Assembly (NCBI GenBank): GCA_030295235.1
Contig: AP026134.1
Span: 186,001 to 250,000, forward strand
Length of the DNA stretch: 64,000 nt
From: Fistulifera solaris
Taxonomy: Eukaryota
Direction of reading: 5' to 3'
In this document: positions 21,392 through 32,389 of the stretch, piece after piece
Layout: every line of letters begins with the position of its first letter
Position numbering within the stretch: position 1 is the stretch's first letter
The notes under the pieces: generated by a model
Told to the model about the DNA's origin: nothing
Database searches by the model: none
What the model saw: only the letters and a program-made list of their open reading frames with translations
Translations under genes and position numbers: made by a program

Positions 21392-24300
21392 CACTCCCGC
21401 GATCGTGAAGTTCTTTAATGTGACGATCGAGATTGAGCAGCACATCGCGGAAACGAATGAAATGGCTTCCCCTGCAGAGGTTTGGTAAAGAAATCTGCCA
21501 ACATTTCTTCTGTAGGGCAATATTTGACCACGACTTCGCCGCGCAACTCGATCTGTGATGTGAAAGTAGCGAATGTCGATATGTCGAAGTTCTTTTACTG
21601 CTCGAGGCTTTTCCGTTCTTTTCCAATAGAATGGCGCTGTCGTTGTCTTGATACACAATTGATGCTTTGGTGTTATATCCCTGGCAATCCATGAATCTTT
21701 TTGTCCATAACATTTGGCCGATGACTTCGCCGACTCCGGCGAGCTCCGCTTCAGTCGAGCTCGTGGTGTTGATTTTCTGTTTTGTTGACGTGCTGTAAAC
21801 AGCTCCTCGCCTAAGCGTCAAGATTCCACCGGTGTGACTCCGTTTATCAAGATGAACCGCAAATGATGCATCGACCCACCACTGGAGCTCCTCTAAGTTG
21901 TCCGCTTCTAGAGTTAAAGACAATTCACTTGTCGATTGCAGATATTTGAGCACACGGGTCAGCTTTTTCCAGTCGTCCTCATCAGGCGCCTTCACTCTTG
22001 TGCAGAGGAACGCTATCGCAGTTTGCAAGTCGGGTCGTGCTCTCTTGCACAAATATAACATTTTTGCTACCAGGTGCACAAACCGCTCTCTATCCTCTTC
22101 ATTCAGCAACACCGGGTCTTCTGTGTTCACCTCAAATAAATGTGCTGCAGCTGGTGTGGAAGCGTGTCCAATCATTTCTGGTGGCAGCTCGTCAATGATG
22201 TTCTGGACATATTCGGTCATGCAGATTGTTACTTTCCCTTCATCTTCATAATTTATTGTCATGCCAAGATATTCATGGACTTTTCCTCGCGAAACACTAA
22301 GCGGTTCTTCCTTCCCAAATTCCGCATTGAGCTTTGCAATCACATCAGTTACAACTTCCCGGCCGACACGTGTGAGATCTTTATATCATCGACGTGCCAA
22401 AGGATTGTGCATTGGTGTCCGTCAATCATCTTGTTTGCCACACATCGGTCATAAGGGTTGATCACGAAACCCCATTTCTCCAAAGTCTTGGTGAGTAATT
22501 GCCAGAAAAGGTATGCTGCGCGAAGTGTCCCATATAGTGCTTTCTTCAATCTCACATACAGCACAGGTTCTCCCCTTTCCGTAACGACGTATTTCTCATA
22601 TTTGGACGGGTTAATATTAGTGAGGATACGGACCATTTCTCCTGAGATTCTCATTCGAACCAGTTCATCCATGAATGCGTGCATGAAAGCTCCTGGCACG
22701 TCCACAATGCCCACATCACGTTTTTTCTTTTGCATCAATTAGGAACGAGAGGAACACTGCCTCGATGGAAGCGGTTGGTGAGCTGGCATCTTCTTTATTT
22801 ATGTAAGTTCGCTGTTTCCTTCCATCAGCACACCCTCTTCCTTTAATTTTGCCGCAGCGTTTTCTTCTTTAGGTACATCAAATATCGGAGCTTTGAAGCT
22901 TTTCCTCACGTGTCAGTGATCCAGGGTCTTCCGGTTCAATAACATCACGCGTGTCTAACTGTCGGAGTTCTACGTCCACAGCATTCATTCCAGGATCACC
23001 AAAGATCTTAAGGCCTTTTTCCACGGGATATTGCGTGAACATGACAGAGTTGACTACTTCGGCTAGTTGATGGAATAGGTGTCCGTAATCACGTGTGGGT
23101 TTGGCGAAGGTTATAATTGTGAAGGCGTGGGCCATATCGCGCATCCATTTCGTCCTCAGCGGCGTCATGACCTGGATTCTCGTCATTTGCATCATGTGAC
23201 TGCACGCTTTCTTCATCAGCAATCTCTTCATTTGCTTCGGGCTCCACTCCTGTATCATCCACTCCTGGGATCTCCAGTTGGTCAGCATTGGCGGGATCGT
23301 CCTCATCCATGTTACCAAGATTTCCGTCTTCGTTGCTGTTTTCAATTTCAATTTCATTGTTTGCAACATATTCTGCCTCCTGTGGGTCCTCGAATCCAAC
23401 TGTTTCAGTCACTCCTGCGGCGTTGGGATATTCGGGAATGCTAACGACGTCATCATTGTCGGGATGGGGCACCACAGAGGCATCGTCCACATGGTTCAGG
23501 ATCGTAATGTTCACTATGGTTGTATCGATCGGCAAATTCGAGGCCCTCATCAATTTGTGTTGTTTTTGCAAGAAGGTGAACTCGTTCAATAACTTCGTCG
23601 GGCATGGCCACCTTGGTCCAGCGATTGCGGTGGAGTCGTTTCCCAGTAGCGAGGCTGAAGAAAAAATAGGACCCTTGAGCGTTTCCAGTAGGGGCGCAAT
23701 GCAAGTGCACCAACTGTTCGTGGGGCCATTGAGTTATCATGCTTCTCATGTGTCTGCACGCATTACTCCCCAAATTCAAGTTGACAGTGCTTGGTGTAGT
23801 CAATCTGCTGCCCAGAGATCAGCACGCGAGGGCTCAGTGTATCAGAAACCCCATCTCGAGGTGGGAAACAGTTCAGCCAGAAAACATTAAAATAGACCAT
23901 CTCAATTATCAGACGTGGTGGCATGTGTTTGAAAGGAAGACCATTGTATGTAGAGCGGGTACGTTCTTTGACCGTGCGCACATGTCGCTCAATTTCAGGA
24001 ACATGTTCATCCGCAGCAGCCGCATTGAGCTCAATTTTCATTGATGAAGCAAGGTCCCCACGCAGCGGCTCAAATTCATTGTCCATTAGAAGGTGTGTGA
24101 TCTTGAATCCGCGTTTCAGATAGTGCCCATAGACCTGTTCTATCCCATTCAGAAGCGTTTTAGCTGTTCGATTCGAATCATTTCCACCGTTCGAACTTAA
24201 TGTAGCGGGAGATCGTAATTAGAAACGGGATTCGGTTCACAAACATGACGTCACCAGCTAACGTTACTTCATGATGCCGTTCCATGATTTCAACTGGAAC

Positions 24301-26193
24301 ATTCACAACATTGAAACGGACTGCAATTGGAGTGCGGCGAACTGTCTTCCCTTGCAAGGCCTGGACATCAGTCCCAAATATATCTTCCGCATTTTGTATA
24401 TCCTGAGCAGTGATGGGACAATTCGGGATTAAGTTTGCATTCACAAGGCGTTTCATTTGTTTTGTTGTGTGATTCCCTGTACGCCTTTGAATGCTCCGAG
24501 CTAATACAGCACGAGAATACTCTTCATTGGTGTATCTAGATGCATTATCGGCTACTGTGTTTACCATCACCGTTCCATGCATCGGGACTTCCAGATAATA
24601 CAGTCCACCGTCTGACTCCTGGAATTGGCGCGTCTCACCATCTTCCTTGTGAAGAATGAATGCATTTCCATCTCCGCTATCAAAGGTTACCCGGAACTTC
24701 TTCTTCACCAAGGCCAACGATAAGATGTTCGCAATCCCTTGCCGGTAGAACCACACACTGCCGTAACCTCTCAAGTCCGCCATCATGTTGGTCGTTGCCA
24801 CTCCTGCGTTTGTATTGATCCGTAGCGTCCTGTTCACCTTGGCGTATGTTAGTGACCAAACCTGGGTTGCAAAACACGTCCACCGTGGACTGGTTGTCCA
24901 GCAGAATCCAATTTCTCGGGATGCCATTGTATCGTCCTTGCTCGTTCAGCAGTTGAAATCCGTAGTCACCGTCGTCATCGGGAGAATAGTCATCAAAAAT
25001 TCCTCCTGCAGTAAAAAAGCTGTGCTCCATCATCATTTTTATCATTGTCAGCGGCTGGTTTATCATCAGGAAGTATCTCGCGGCAATTTGGAGCAGTGTG
25101 TCCTGGCTTATTGCAGCGGTAACAGGTTCTCTTCTTTCCTTTTCCGTCGTTATTGACCAATGCCACACCGTCTTCAGTGTTCTCTCCATCCTGCACAAAT
25201 ACGGCACCGTCGTTTGCTGTTCCGTATCGTGATGTGTCTTCACGGTCCGGAGTCCATGCTGTCAGTAGCTCATATGCAGCATGCAAAGTCCTCGGATAAT
25301 TGTCCATGCCTTGTAGAACGTCACCATCCAGTTTGTCTTGTAAACGCTTGTATCGAGCTCTGTCTGCACCCTTGATGAATCTTGTTGCCATTGCTTCTTC
25401 CGATGCCTCCATGGCGCTTGCAAAATGCCTCGCTCGACAGAGACCCCACTAATTCATTATTCCGACGGCAGACTTCATTGATCAACCCAATATCATCTCC
25501 AATTGTACCTCCGAGGTGCTTTAACACATCCAAGCGATTCTGAAAACCTTCAATATATGCTGCAACAGAGTCTCCTTTCTTTTGGTAGTAGGTCCAGAAT
25601 CGATGGTGGGCGTTGTCAAGCCGGAAGCGACTCTCTTTTCTGTCTTGTCACTAAAAGCAATCTTCCTGATGAGCTTTAGGAGCTCGACTCCATTACGAGA
25701 TGCTTTGATGCTTGGAAAAGACGCATCTGCTGAGAAGCGGTTAATCAGCATTGGAGTGCACTGTCCCTCAACAAGCGAATAGAGCTTTTTAATATTCTCA
25801 ATCAACTCCATTCTCTGATCCGCGAACGGCATCAACCATTTTGTCCCAAATTCGCTGTTCCGATGCTGGCGATTCGGCTGGAAGTGGATCTGGTGCCGGT
25901 ATTGTTGGAATCTCCAGAGTCTCAACAGCCGCCACCACGTAGCTTGAGTTTTTGAACTTATTATCACTTCCAATGTAAATCGACAGGGCCTTCTGTGATT
26001 TCACAAAGAGGTCGGCTTGGTTGATGATGCCGCAGTCAAAGATGTTTCCCTTCAATGCCTCACAAGCCCCAGTAAACTTAGAGCCGACTGCTGGAGCGCC
26101 GCGGTTGCCCTTCTTCATGTTGTTTGGCTTTCCCCCTCCTGGTTCGAGCTTGTGTCCCCCACTGCCCGTCTTGTCGGGCTTTTCTGAGGACAT
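21234..26193 (-). CDS. gag-pol polyprotein of the copia element (many frame breaks)
   Basis: Successive ORFs from ATG 26193 carry the gag, PR, INT, RT and RH motifs in copia order. Confidence 0.88.
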
Positions 26194-26204
26194 GACACAG
26201 TTTC

Positions 26205-26218
26205 CTTTTGTTTTAATG
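26205..26218 (-). promoter_or_regulatory. Primer-binding-site position (CATTAAAACAAAAG), complementary to LTR segment 26275-26288 rather than tRNA-like
   Basis: Immediately follows the 5' LTR on the element strand, lacks the TGG start, and is a perfect 14-bp inverted repeat of an LTR-internal segment. Confidence 0.75.
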
Positions 26219-26478
26219 TGTTGAAACTACGCTATTATTCACAACGAGTTGCAATACTATTACGATTGGCTAACCATTAAAACAAAAGTGAGAAGAGCGA
26301 TGCGTCGTTCTCTTCCTCATCATGCTCTTTCATACGTATTCACTGACGCGATAGCTTTTCGTGGTTTACGTTTTCTTTCCAACTACCGTCCATCCATCCG
26401 TCTCACCATCGCATGCGTCATCCGATGTCGCACCTCGAAGAGGATCCCAAGATTCCGTTTCGCGCTGCTTTTCCAACA
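26219..26478 (-). repeat. 5' LTR of the copia element
   Basis: Direct repeat of 21132-21391 with TGTTG...CAACA termini. Confidence 0.97.
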
Positions 26479-26733
26479 CGCATCATCACATCATCATCGT
26501 ATCGTCGTCGTCGTTCATTTTTGTGATTTGATTGGGCTTATTGGGCGGGGTCTGTCTTCGCCCGTTCACTTTTTGGCTCGTTTTTTTGTGCACATCATTA
26601 TTTAATTCTGGTTCGTTTCCAGTTCCTATTCAAATTCAAGTAGGAGAGTTTTTTCTAGTTCCATCTATTGTGGCAAAAATCTTTCACTCCTATTTTGATC
26701 CTTTGCTGAGTCGACTTGCTAAGCTACGTAAAA

Positions 26734-27022
26734 ATGACAGGCAACAAACCCACCAATGTCGTATTTTCTGCCGGCTTGGGTCCCCGAGGACGAGCGGGTG
26801 CTTGGGTGGCGGCTCTTATTGTGGCGGTACGTTTTCCGCGAACCAAGAAAAAAAACAAGATGATTTTTGGATCAAAAAAAAATTGGATGACGACTCACAC
26901 TGTTGCGGACAGGCCGGATGGATGTATATTGAGAATTCGAAAAAGCAAAGGAACTGTCAATCAATGATGTCAATGCATGGAATGAAAAGAGAAAAAAGGA
27001 AATGGACGCGAATGCGAAATAA
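26734..27022 (+). CDS. Small single-TM protein (about 67 aa); intron 26827-26912 and one indel near 26940
   Basis: MTGNKPTNVVFSAGLGPRGRAGAWVAALIVA spliced at GTACG..CTCAC..CAG to AGWMYIENSK. Adding one A gives KAKELSINDVNAWNEKRKKEMDANAK*. Confidence 0.6.
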
Positions 27023-27149
27023 GAGCAGGAATGAATGATAATTGATTTCTAAAATGCATAATATTTGAACGTAACAGATACGGGAATATCTTCCACGATG
27101 CTTCACCCAGATACTTTTCAAAAAATGCGTGGATCGAGAGCTTTGAAAT

Positions 27150-27979
27150 AGTGTTACAACTTCTTTTGTAGGCCTTCGTGAAACCTTTTATGACCCCCCC
27201 TCACAATCAGCACACCCCAATAGATTTGTAGTACGAGTAGAAAAAGGAACTGGCTCCACAGGTGGCCATGAAGATTCGGTAAAAAATGTTCGGATGTTGC
27301 GAATACAAGAGATAATGATCACGCAGATACAAAACAAGCGCGGTACGAATAGAATGATTCGTACCAACAGAAAAGGCCCCCGCAAAGACTAAACGGATCG
27401 TATCGTACCAGCCCGGATATTTTGCAATCAATGACGGATTCTCCTTGAAATAATTCATGATCGACAAGGGTAGACTGCTCAATTCGATCACGCCGTAAAA
27501 GAACGCGGTCCAGTACCGAAAACCATTGCGGAGAAAGCCGGACATGATCGCAACCGCAATGACAGTAAAGTGATGCGCCAGCATGGCGGGACTTTCATTG
27601 ACATAAAAGAAACCCACGGGGATCGCCCAAAATTGAAATCCCAATTGGAAGCAACTTAAAAAGACCAATGGTTCGTATCCTTGTGTCTTTTCTTCTTCCG
27701 TTGCGGAACTCCCCATGATGTAACGGAATTCATAATAAAAGCCGGCACAGGTCAAAAATCAAATTGGCGACGAAATTAGTGGCCGTGTAACAATTTTTCC
27801 GCGTGACTCGTAAGGATGCTCTGACGGCGCCCAGTAAAGCGCAATGATGTAAAGCGTTGATAACAGCAAATACGAAAAACAATTTGCGGAAACACAACCG
27901 TTTGCAGAAATTCGGTCGGAAGAAAAATGGGACCTTCATTGAGGGATCCTAATCGTTCGGCCAACGTGACCGCACTCAT
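27150..27979 (-). CDS. TLC (TRAM/LAG1/CLN8) domain membrane protein; several indels, 3' end approximate
   Basis: MLAHHF, FFYGVIELSSLPL, RLVFA..F...R and multiple TM segments across consecutive ORFs. Confidence 0.7.
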
Positions 27980-28502
27980 ATCTCTCTCAATTGACGCTCA
28001 ATGAAATGATGCAGTGACTCGCGGAGAGGTAGTTGATTGCTCGGTTAGTTCTCTGACAGAAAATTGCTTGTGTATTGCAGTCCTGTGTATTCTGTAGCGA
28101 AGGTTTGAATTGCTTTTTTAAATAATTGGTAGGATGGCAAAATGGAGTAGACAAAAATTTTTCTTTGGTTGTTCGCTCCTTGTTTCGTCGTTAGTCGTTA
28201 CTCCATTTATTTCTCGTCGTTTTTTCGTCTTGACGTGCTTTTTGGGGAATAGTAAACGGGGAAACAATGACGCACTTTCTGCGGGATACAAACTCAGTCC
28301 AGTCATGAGCGTATGTGCGTCGCTCGCAAACAAAATAATAATGAGAGCCTTTTCCTTTTTCTTTTCTATACCGCGATTTTTTTTTCGATCTTGCACTTTT
28401 ATTATTGGCGACGGTGTTATAACGAGAGGCTAGAGGCTGATTTCTCTCTAGACTCTGTCACCATTGTGAGCGCTCTTTGTCACAGTTTTTCCACTATCTC
28501 AA

Positions 28503-29129
28503 ATGCCGACACAACTCGAAATTATTCATGCCTGGGACGAATTGGCGGACGATTGGGATGACATGGCCGCGGGGAGTGCCAAAGGATTTTTCCGTCTTCT
28601 GCAGGAGCATATCCCGCTCCAATCGGATATGATAGTGCTGGATTTTGGTTGCGGAACCGGCCTCATCGCAGACCTACTGCGGCATCGCGTGAAGCATGTC
28701 GTAGCTGTCGATGTCTCTCCGGTCATGGTGGAAATTTTGGAGGAAAAAATGCAAGCACAAGAATGGGAAAATGTCCAAGTATTTCATGCATTATTGGGAG
28801 ATCATGATGATGAGGAGACTCAACAGATATTGAAGGAGTATGAAGGCCAAATCGATCTCATTATCGCCAGTTCCGTGCTGGGTTTTGTTACTCCGGAGAC
28901 AGTGGGGACGACTATGGAGGTTCTGGGTCGTCTGTTGAAACCCGGCGGCTCGTTTTGTCATACCGACCCGCCACAAATGGAACAACGGAATCATTTTACA
29001 AGGCAAAAGGCTGAAATCTACTACAAAAAGGGCGGCCTGGAAATCGTTTCGACCAGCGTCGAGAATCTCGATCTAGGACAGGGTCAGTCCTGTAATGTAT
29101 TTCTCGGTATTGCTCGGAAGCCGTTCTAG
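28503..29129 (+). CDS. Class I SAM-dependent methyltransferase
   Basis: VLDFGCGTG motif I, VAVDVS..MV, DLI and LLKPGG. Confidence 0.88.
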   Translation: MPTQLEIIHAWDELADDWDDMAAGSAKGFFRLLQEHIPLQSDMIVLDFGCGTGLIADLLRHRVKHVVAVDVSPVMVEILEEKMQAQEWENVQVFHALLGDHDDEETQQILKEYEGQIDLIIASSVLGFVTPETVGTTMEVLGRLLKPGGSFCHTDPPQMEQRNHFTRQKAEIYYKKGGLEIVSTSVENLDLGQGQSCNVFLGIARKPF

Positions 29130-29767
29130 CCAAGGATGATTGCCCAATCGATGCTAAATCGGACGGAAAAGCGAGTGCTTTCATAGGGTAGATCCCAACC
29201 CGTGGCAGCGACATTGAGAGACAGTGATTTCCCCGCCACACGATGAAAGCAACTTAATATTAAACATAGACGTCAATGTTGCTTTCCTCCTTTTGATAGT
29301 CTAGACGCATATGTGTTCGGCAACATGGCAGGAGTGCGGTTCTGTTCGATTCATAACCACGGCCGCTCGTGACTGCGCGGGAGGATGTCTTTTTCGGACG
29401 AATTTTGGTGGCAGATGATTCTGTACCGGTACTCACATATAGAATTCCTCTCGTCTAAGTATCTTTTCCTTGTAGATGAAAAGAGTATTGTGTTGCAGCA
29501 CGGTTGGCGCGCAGCTCTGGGGGGAAATTCCCATCGTCGCTCGTAGAGACTGGTACATAAAATTACGTAGGAGTGAGAAAAAATAATACTCCGGGGTAAT
29601 GTTGTTCGAGAACACCCTTTTTCCCGCCATAGAAAACACTCTCATTCATCTCGTTGCGCGGGTGTCAACAAATAATAACGAAGGTCACATGCAACGAAGA
29701 GCATCCTCAGTGATAAACTTCTTCTTCTTCTTCGCTTCTACTAGTCACTCTCATTCAAACAAACAAT

Positions 29768-31841
29768 ATGTCGACGACTAGCAAATCAAAACGACAAAGT
29801 CCTCGATCGGATAAAGAACTTCTTGTCGAAACGATGATCGAGGCGGCCGACGATGCTCTCTTCCTCCAACGAGGTGCGGCGGATGAAACAACCATCGAGT
29901 TCGGGCACAGTGACCATGATGAGGATGACTTGCTATCCTTCGATCACAATAATCCCATGTTTCATTTGAAACGAAATTTAGATCAAGACTTTTGCGATTC
30001 TTCGACCGATTCGTATTGGGAAGACGAGAAGAAGTCCGCAGGCCCCAAATGGGATGTCACACTCGCCAACAGTGTCGAAGTCTTGAAAAGCCATTTGCGG
30101 GAATCGTCCGAGTCTCGATGGACGGGAAAGACTGTACCCGAATCTCCGAAATTTCACGAAATCAAACCACGGCCTTTACCGAAAAGTACTCAAGAACAGG
30201 AAGAAGAAGAAATGAAACAAATCAAGCCGTTTCAAGCGAGAAACGCGCCCCGTTTCGAGAAACCAAACATGGAAACCAAACCTTCACCTGCCACGACCCC
30301 TCAACCCTTTCATTTTCATTCGACGACTCGCAAACGACCCATTTCGGTTCCTCCATCGAAAGAAGATGTCGATTTGCAGGAATGTCAGCAGTTTCGATTC
30401 AAAGCGCGTCCCATCCCAAAATCAGTGCTTCTAACTTCCACGAAATCACCGGAAGTATCCCGTATTCCTCGACTATCACTGCCATCGGCTTCCCAGAAAT
30501 CAGCATCGCGCATTCCTCGATCATCGCACTCGCTGCAACTGGCTCCTAAGATAACGTCGAAACCATCGCGCATTCCTCGATCGACGCCGTCGTCGAAAGT
30601 AGAAAAGATATGTGTCGAAATGGAGATCAAGACGATGCGTGTGGAGTTTCACATGACGAGTAACGAACATGCGGAACGTCAGCCAACAGCAAGGAACGTC
30701 GCTTTGCCGTTGCAATTGAATTGCCTGGAACGTCATGAAGCATTCAAGCAGAAGCAAGCCGAGAAGTTACGCGAAGAAGAAAAGAAAAAATCGCCAAATG
30801 GCGTGTTTTAAGGCACGTCCGCTTCCGGCGTCCATGCAGAAGCGACGGGTGGTTTCTCAAAGTCCAAAAATTATCGGTAATGCACCTAAAGTCATTGCCC
30901 GCATTCCAAAGTCTTCGCCGCGGTACTCCATCAAAAGTCCCTCCAAGCCGGTCGAAGAAACAAAAGCTGCCGAGGAAGAGGATTTGTTTTTTGACACGGA
31001 ACAGTTTGTGCCGAAAGCGCATAGTCGAGCGGTAGTGGTTCGACTCATTCAAATCACGTCCACCGTAGTGATTCTTCATCTTATTGTGTGGTATGGAACG
31101 TCTCCGGAGTATCTTTGGCAGATTCATCGCCAATTCCGCGACGAAACCGTTAACAGTGCATCGTTCGATGGATGGCCGCAAGTGACTTACGAGACTGAAA
31201 ATGTGCCTCAGTACCTCGCAAAGGCAACCGAAATTTTGCATCCATTCGCCTCACCAATCAACGAAGCACCAAGATCAGAGGATGTTTCCTTGACTGCAAA
31301 CAGTGACGTGGCATTGAAGTACGTTCTGAATGTTGCTGAAAACGATGTTGCGTTCAATCAGTCTATTGACACTGCTGAAAACACAGGGCTTGTTAAAGAG
31401 GCTCAACGGGGAATTCCAGCACAAGATGATTCTGTCGAGCGTCTCAAGCTTTCCCACAACGACGTGTCACCCGAGAAAACCAAAGCAAAGGCTGCTAGGG
31501 CAAAAGTTCAGCACTACTTCGAAGGCCTTACTTTAGCAGATCCCGAATCGATCCATAGAGCCGCCCTACAAAGAGTGACATCCCAGAACACAAAGGCTCA
31601 CATCGTAGGTCCAAAGACACGTCTTGAAGACGAAGATCATGCTCATGATGTAACGCTGGATCATCCCGAAAGCAGTGCAAAACTACCAGATGAAGCTGAA
31701 CCAGTCCGTAGGAGAGCTGGTATCTATTTTGACTTTTTGCAAGGCTTTATCACTCCCGACGTTCCACAATCAAAGAACGTAGGATTCGTCCCCAGAAATC
31801 CGCGGGTTCCGACTATCATGTTCAACGATGGCTCGATTTGA
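29768..31841 (+). CDS. TPX2-like microtubule-associated protein with SxIP motifs and a TM segment (indel near 30785)
   Basis: FQARNAP, TTPQPFHF, FRFKARPIP and FKARPLP repeats, three SRIP motifs, and hydrophobic VVVRLIQITSTVVILHLIVWYG. Removing one A from the run at 30785-30790 fuses the two ORFs. Confidence 0.6.
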
Positions 31842-32389
31842 GTATCGACGAGCTGATGGTCTTGAACGGGATGTTTGGAGTCCGTCTCGATAGTTCGTTC
31901 CAGAAAGATGTATACCGCTTGGAATAGATAGAAAAGGTAATATTCATGGATTTTTTTCTGCTACACAGGGTTTCCTATCGTTTCCTTCTATTTTTCACCC
32001 GTCGATCATCGCTTACCTGAAGAATCTTGTCGGGTGATCTAGTTCCGAGTAATGATAGTGATTAAAAACGTTGGATTCACGTCCATAACAACTCTAGACG
32101 AGCAACACGGATCCAAGCTCTTTTCGTGACTGGACTTCAGTCATGAGTCTTGGAAGACGCCAGTACCGTTTCCTTTGTATCAATCCTTGTAGTGAATTAC
32201 CTTTTGTCTTACCAGCACTGATGGATGTGAGAAACCGATCGTTTGAAAAACGCAGCAACTGCATGTATACCAATTAACAAACAATGCGAAGCGCATTGTT
32301 TGTGAAAGTGATTCGCACAAAGAAAAAGCACAACATCATTATCGCGTGGTCTTGTTAAGTTTCCAAAGATAGAAGACGACTAAAGAAAA

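Larger units (their letters stand above)
21132..26478 (-). mobile_element. Full-length Ty1/copia LTR retrotransposon (CoDi-like), about 5.35 kb
   Basis: Two 260-bp TG..CA LTRs and TSD CGCAT (21127-21131, 26479-26483). Domain order is gag with CCHC knuckle (CYRCNKPGHTAPNC), protease (ILLDNQSTVD), integrase (DNEF, HVPEIER), RT (DVPGAF, LKKALYG, WHVDD) and RNase H (WVDASF, TEAE, YQDN). Confidence 0.97.

Noticed and set aside
24990..25030. Programmed ribosomal frameshift between gag and protease at CTTTTTTAC
   Set aside because: The position is suggestive, but the element has many similar homopolymer frame breaks and the whole window shows indel noise, so it cannot be distinguished from error.
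26249..26605. 118-aa plus-strand ORF in the 5' LTR
   Set aside because: It starts at TTG, is antisense to the element, runs into flanking DNA and has no recognisable motif.
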